Shown piece after piece: positions 57,330 to 64,000 of a stretch of DNA of 64,000 nucleotides. Numbering within the stretch: position 1 is the first letter of the stretch; the number at the start of each line of letters is the position of its first letter. The DNA lies in NCBI GenBank assembly GCA_012295275.1, contig CM022670.1, positions 41,354,001 through 41,418,000 of the forward strand. The letters run 5' to 3'. A model generated the notes under the pieces. The model had not been told where the DNA came from and did not search any database. It was given only the letters and a program-made list of their open reading frames with translations. The position numbers were made by a program, and so were the translations under genes. The DNA comes from Chrysomallon squamiferum (Eukaryota; Animalia; Mollusca).

Positions 57330-57594
57330 CCACTGATTCCATTCTTCACTGAGTACTTTTAGAGGTGAAATGTAATTTAAGATGTGCAGATAGTTAGTGA
57401 GAAATCTCTAAGTGATATGACCTGTGTGTGTGTGATACGCCAAGTATTCCACACTTGTTACTTTATAGTAAGTGTGAACTTACAACATTTTCTTTCTCAT
57501 TATAAACAACTCTAACGTGTCACACAGATATTTACACAACTAATTATCTGCTGTGGAAAAACAAACACAAATAAATAGAAAGTAAAGTAAAATA

Positions 57595-57640
<46 letters not shown>

Positions 57641-58196
57641 ATAATATAGTTATATGTACACTTATTTAAACTATTTTCATAGCATCCATTTCATATCCTC
57701 ATCTACTACACTGTAACCTCAGATTTCTAAAATCTCAATTAAAACCTCTTCTCCAAAATAATCACAACTTCATTCCCACATCTACTACAGCTCCATTACA
57801 ACTGCTGCATACACACCCAAAATTTTAATATTTACAACAACTTCATTTAATTATTAATTATTTATAATAGACATCTGTAAATTGTGACATCTCCATTCAT
57901 AAACATAATTAATGAAAGATAAAGAGAAAAGTAAAAATAAAATGGAGATTATTCATGAGAAATGATAGCGGAACAATGTTAAAGGAATACAGTGTGTTAG
58001 ACACAATGAAAGAAATGCAGAGAGAACAAAAAGATAATTTAAAACTAAAATTACATTTGTTAGACTGATTTAGAACACCTGATGTGAAACAGAACACTTA
58101 ACCTATGACTAAGATAAAAAAATGTTTTACATACTGATTACATATATTTACAATGTCTGTCCTAGCCATAGCATTATAATGTGTAATATCAAAAAC

Positions 58197-58286
<90 letters not shown>

Positions 58287-59576
58287 AATACACAGACCAT
58301 TTTTTATCTTTTAAATTGAAAAAATGGATACAAAGCTATTAAAACTTCAAAACGTTTTCTGACGTCAAAAATATCTCCAACGAACTGACTTTTCAATCAT
58401 TCTTCTGTCTTATGAAAACAGGATAAGTAAAATGAGACTTATTTTTGTGAAAAGATAGAGAAGAAAATAAACTGAAATCTCCTTCGAATCATTTTTGCAG
58501 AGATTACATTTATGTGAAAACTCGGTTGAGAAGTCTGTCTGATGTTTATTGTCTTTACATTCCTGTTGAGAGGTTCCTGAGAACTTTTTAAAATCTCACC
58601 CAGAATCTTCACTTTCATCACAATGTGCTCACCTTTAACCTTTGCCAAACTATTAAAAATAAAAATAAAAAACAGAAAAAGAAAAAAGAGAGGCAAAATG
58701 AAGAAAGAGTAATAATAAAAATTTAAAATGAAAAGAAAAGAAAGAAAGAACAAAAAATACTAGAAAGAATATGTAAGAGTAACAATAATAAGAAATTGAT
58801 AGATAAAACTGACACACACACACACACACACACTTTAAAAAAAATACATCAAAGACATTTCTGGGGAAAAAAAACCTCTTTTAAAGTGTATCTGAATTAA
58901 ATCAAGTGTTACTATGATACATTTTGATTGCTATAATTAATCTTTTTTCTTTTCTGTCTTTAATTCAATTTTTTATTTTCAGCCCGACAACACAAGACCA
59001 TTTCAAGTCAAATGGAAAAAAAAAAAAAATAATAAAAAATAAAAAAAAAAAAAAAAAAAGCCCAGAAAACAAATTGAATAGAGTACAATCAAATTACAAA
59101 ACCTCTAGCCTGACAAACATCTCTTGACCCGTACATTAAATTTCTCACTTATCATAAAAAAGAAAAAAGAAAAAACTGTCGTTTTGGTTGTCAGATGTTT
59201 TGTTTTATTTTGCAGCCATCTGTCTGTGCTAGGTTCTGCTTTTCTTTGTATTGTTTTTTTTAACTGTTTTTTTTTTTAATTTCTTATCTGCTGGACTGGA
59301 CAAAACCCCATCTGTCCCATCGTGGTCTACATCCACCACTGCAAGATTATGGACAGTCTTCAAGAAGTGAAAAGTATGATAATTATACGTCTGTCTTTGC
59401 TTGCTGGACACACTGGACACACAGCTGACCACACAAAGAACTACAGAGCTGAGAACAATCAGTCCTTTCAGAGATGACCACTTAAAAGTTTATTAAAACA
59501 CAGAGACAAGTGAAATTTGAGAGAACAAATGAAAAATACCAAAGAGGATATCCTTGTTGAACTTTTGTCCTTGAAA

Positions 59577-59952
59577 CAATAACAATAACAATAACAATAA
59601 TAATAATAATAATAATAATAATGATGATAATAATAATAATAATAAAAAAGAATGATAATAATGAACAGCAGCAGTAATAATAATAATAAAACTAGTATTT
59701 GCAGTTGTTGTAGTAACATAACAGCAGTAATAGTAACAGTGGTTATAATAGTAATAATAATAATAATTGTTGTAGTAGTAGTGGTAATGGTTCTCATAGT
59801 GGTAGCAGTGCTAGTAGTAGTAGTGGTGGTGATTGGAACAGCAGTAGTAGTAGTAGTTACCATAATGGTAACAGCAGAAGGAGAAGTAGTAATATAAAAC
59901 CATCATCACTGTCATCATCATCATAGTCATTATCATCATCATTATCATCATT
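59577..59952. repeat. Compound trinucleotide microsatellite (AAT/AGT/GGT/CAT)
   Basis: Visible directly, beside the donor site of the 85 nt CAAP1 exon. Confidence 0.9.
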
Positions 59953-60004
59953 TTGTAAGTGACTTTATAATTCAGTGTACTGTGTATGTTAGAGCTGTAC
60001 ATAC

Positions 60005-60089
60005 CTGCCAGGATTCTCAGTATTCTCTTCCTGGACATCACTTCCAGATGTTCCACACATCGTCTCTTCAGCTCTTCCAGTGGAAGACC
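60005..60089 (-). CDS. CAAP1: CAAP1-like gene, internal coding exon (85 nt), end of the conserved CAAP1 domain
   Basis: Minus strand reads tgttttcag|GGTCTT...CTGGCAG|gtatgt and encodes GLPLEELKRRCVEHLEVMSRKRILRILA(G). This resembles the conserved CAAP1 segment as I recall it from human (roughly CSIEEIKKLCQEQLELLSEKKILKILEG). Phase 0 start, phase 1 end. Confidence 0.9.
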
Positions 60090-60260
60090 CTGAAAACACA
60101 ATTTAAACACATCAAATTCACTGTGAGAATCTCTTTCACAGGTAGGGGTCATACATTCACGTTGGAGATTTAGCAATGTTAAAAGGGTTCGACTTTTTGG
60201 TGAACTGGCACCTTAAAATGTATGGGAAACATATATATTTATATATATTTGTATATATAT

Positions 60261-60294
<34 letters not shown>

Positions 60295-62174
60295 TAATAA
60301 ATTTATTAGATATCTTCTGTAACATACATGAAAGTGAAATAAATAAATAAATAAAAATTCTACTTCAACCCCCCAAAAAAAAAAACATAAAATAAAATAA
60401 AAAAATAAATTGGCCACTTTATTTATTGTATTTAATTTTTTTTTTTTGTTGGAAGTAGAAATAAAAAGTGAAGTGATAGTGGAGATAAAAAAAACATGAG
60501 TTCAAGTTGGCAGGTAATTTAAAAAATAAATCACATTTACATATTCTTCTCAGTGAGGCAGGACAACATGCACGTTCACACAACAATACGGTCAATGACT
60601 TTGTAAAAAAAAATAAAACAAAAAAAAATTAAGATAAATTATTAAATGAAAACCCACAAATTTTCTAAATTCCTGTTTTTAGATCTAATTATTAAAAATA
60701 TCTGAGTCCATTTCTTGTAGCAGGAAACAAGACAGTAAGAATAAATGTATTACCAATTTTAGATTTTCTTTTTTTTTTTAAAGAAAAGGTAATAGAGAAA
60801 ACAAAAAGATACATAAAATGAAGATAAATAAAAGATTTAAAAAAAAAAATACAAATTTTAAAATAACATCCTTCATGTCTGGGATTCATGAACACATTAA
60901 TTCATGAATATATTAATTCATGAATACATTAATGTATAAGTAACATCAGTATAAACATCAGCTTATGACTGAAACCACTTTATGATTATAATTTATTTAC
61001 AACAAACATCAGTGTATTAGTATAAGATTCAGAATAATTCATGATCAAATACATTTAGGACATTATTCATGAAAAACATCAGTTTCTATTGTCATGAATT
61101 TTTTATATATATATATATATTTTTTTTTTAAATTAGCTTCTTTACTAACGGTCCATGTCTAGTTTACAGCGAAAGTTGTATGAGAAGTGTAACAAACTTT
61201 ATGAAAACTGACCACGCGACCAAAACCACTCTGAAAATATAATCACACAGAGAGAGAGGACACATTACCTAACATGAAAATAAGCAATCAATAGCGGTCA
61301 GTGTGATTATTTCACTTACATAACACCAATTCTGATGTGTTTTCATACGTCTCTTTTCTCTCTGAATTTCATTTGAAAACTGGTAATTTGACTTGGTGGA
61401 ATTCTTGCTGGCCGCAGTTCCTGTCATTTCCGTTCATAATTAGTTTCATATTTCATCTGGCAACTCGCTGTCTGTTCTACCACTGACCACATCATTTATT
61501 CCAGCAGAATATCATGAATTGGTGATTAGCACTTTTTCAAATTAAAGATTATTCTTGTCTCATCTGCATTGCAAAATTGAGTGAGAAAAAAAAAAAAAAA
61601 AAATATCATAAAGAAGCTGACCTGACCTGAGATATCATTTTAAAGAAGAAGAAGAAAAAATAAATAGAAATGGAGGATGATTTTTAAGGAAAATGGATAT
61701 GATAAATATTACTATTTGAAAATGTTAAAAAATTAATGATTTTATGAGTTTGGGAATAGAAAATGTTATCTGAAACAATATTTCTTGTTATTATATGAAA
61801 AGTTTTAAAGTGTCCAGTTATTTGTTTTGAATACAGGGATGTAGTTATAATGCTTTTTGTACAGTGTGAATGAATGCAGGATCACACCTCTCAAGTTGTC
61901 ATTGTACTATCTGAATGTGCCCTTTGACTGGTGTATCAATATTTAGAAAGTGATTTCTTGTTTACAGAAAGATGTTTATACATAAAACATATACTGCTTA
62001 CCTATTAAATAGCTGTATGACTCACACACAGGCAGATATCTTTGATTTAGTACCCTATAATTGTATGTACACACACACACATGCACGCACACACACACAT
62101 ATTTAGCTAGAATACCATAGAATAAGCTTCCCCGAAAACCTGACAATTCCAGCATAAATCTTTCCCAAAGCTTA

Positions 62175-64000
62175 TCACTCTAACACACTGGTAAACCTCC
62201 CAAACAGCTTAACACTCTAACACACTGGTAAACCTTCCAAACAGCTTAACACACACCAAATAAACCTCTTCAAAAACTTAACCATAAACCTGCACTGGTA
62301 AACCTTCCAAACAACACTTAAAACTCTAACACACTGGTAAACCTTCCCTAAACAGTTCTAACACTCCCTAACACACTGGTAAACCTCCCCTCCCTCAGCC
62401 TAACACACTACAAATAAACCTCTTCAAAAACCTCCCTAACCATAAACCTGCAATGTTCTGTGTAAACTTCCCTCAAAAACAACTACAACACTCCTGGCCT
62501 CCCTCATGACCTTTACAACAGCCTTACAGCTAAACCTCCCTCACAGCCTACTAACTAGTCCTTGTAAACCTCCCACAGCCTAACAACTACAGTTCTGTGG
62601 TAAACCTCCCTCACAGCCTAACAACTACAGTTCTGTGGTAAACCTCCCTCACAGCCTAACAACGACAGTTCTGTGGTAAACCTCCCTCACAGCCTAACAA
62701 CGACAGTTCTGTGGTAAACCTCCCTCACAGCCTAACAACGACAGTTCTGTGGTAAACCTCCCTCACAGCCTAACAACTACAGTTCTATGACAGTTCCCTG
62801 TGGTAAAACGACTCCCTCACAGCCTAACAACGACAGTTCTGTGGTAAAAATCCCCTCACAGCCTAACAACTACAGTTCTGTGGTAAACCTCCCTCACAGC
62901 CTAACAACGACAGTTCTGTGGTAAACCTCCCTCACAGCCTAACAACGACAGTTCTGTGGTAAACCTCCCTCACAGCCTAACAACTACAGTTCTGTGGTAA
63001 ACCTCCCTCACAGCCTAACAACGACAGTTCTGTGGTAAACCTCCCTCACAGCCTAACAACGACAGTTCTGTGGTAAACCTCCCTCACAGCCTAACAACGA
63101 CAGTTCTGTGGTAAACCTCCCTCACAGCCTAACAACTACAGTTCTGTGGTAAACCTCCCTCACAGCCTAACAACTACAGTTCTGTGGTAAACCTCCCAAA
63201 CCTAACCTACAGTTCTATGGTAAAATTCCCAAACAGCTAAACCTCCCAGCAACAGTTCTATGGTAAACCTCCCAGCCTAACAACGACAGTTCTATGGTAA
63301 ACTTCCCAGCCTAACAACTACAGTTCTATGGTAAACCTCCCTCACAGCCTAACAACTACAGTTCTGTGGTAAACCTCCCTCACAGCCTAACCATGACAGT
63401 TCTATGGTAAACCTCCCTCACAGCCTAACAACAACAGTTCTGTGGTAAACCTCCCACAGCCTAACAACGACAGTTCTGTGGTAAACCTCCCTCACAGCCT
63501 AACAATGACAGTTCTATGGTAAACCTCCCAGCCTAACAACTACAGTTCTGTGGTAAACCTCCCTCACAGCCTAACAATGACAGTTCTATGGTAAACTTCC
63601 CAGCCTAACAACTACAGTTCTGTGGTAAACCTCCCTCACAGCCTAACAATGACAGTTCTATGGTAAACTTCCCAGCCTAACAACTACAGTTCTGTGGTAA
63701 ACCTCCCTCACAGCCTAACAACGACAGTTCTATAGTAAACCTCCCAAACAGCCTAATTACTACAATTCTATAGTAAACCTCCCTCACAGCCTAACAACTA
63801 CAGTTCTGTGGTAAACCTCCCAAACAGCCTAACAACAACAATTCTATGGCAAACCTCCCAAACAGCTTAATTACTACAATTCTATAGTAAACCTCCCAAA
63901 CAGCCCTAACAACTTCAATTGTATGGTAAACCTCCCAAACAGCCTAACAACTACAATTCTATGGTAAACCTCCCCAGCCCAACAACTACAGTTCTGTGGT
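62175..64000. repeat. 38 bp tandem repeat array running off the window end
   Basis: Consensus ggtaaacctccctcacagcctaacaac(t/g)acagttctgt (period 38, e.g. 62599 to 62637). Degenerate on the left (62175-62580); shorter ~33 bp variants after about 63180. Confidence 0.95.

Noticed and set aside
58439-58753. Possible extra CAAP1 exon after a strong minus-strand acceptor near 58650
   Set aside because: No homology and no phase-compatible donor established; the 85 nt and 63 nt exons already join in frame.
59811-60176. 121 aa ORF as a standalone gene
   Set aside because: Only 60005-60089 is bounded by splice sites and CAAP1-like; the rest is intron read-through.
62580-64000. CRISPR-like array (38 bp repeats)
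   Set aside because: Units are directly adjacent with no unique spacers, there are no cas genes, and the context is eukaryotic. It is an ordinary tandem repeat.

Overview
AT-rich, microsatellite-saturated eukaryotic (animal) genomic DNA. The repeat types suggest an invertebrate, probably a mollusc, but that is inference. The only gene I can identify with confidence is the 3' part of a CAAP1 (caspase activity and apoptosis inhibitor 1, C9orf82-like) ortholog on the minus strand. It has five coding exons (60005-60089, 53075-53137, 32038-32119, 29753-29795, 28938-29327) with canonical GT-AG sites that splice into one open frame; I found no 5' exons, which probably lie beyond the right edge. Nearly all other listed ORFs are translations of simple repeats. 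By eye the window splits into a CpG-retaining left domain (about 1-21.5 kb) and a CpG-poor domain covering CAAP1 and about 7 kb past its stop, consistent with invertebrate gene-body methylation. The left domain carries many palindromic transcription-factor motifs: 8 TCACGTGA, 5 TGACGTCA, one TCTCGCGAGA, an RFX X-box, and YY1- and CTCF-like sites. Also present are a candidate unannotated plus-strand exon encoding a transmembrane segment (18279-18536), a ~330 bp inverted repeat pair 14 kb apart, small piggyBac-type and hAT-type MITEs, decayed tRNA-type SINE copies and several minisatellites. I see no CRISPR array, rRNA, intact tRNA or transposase, and no well-supported novel system; the findings are leads only.
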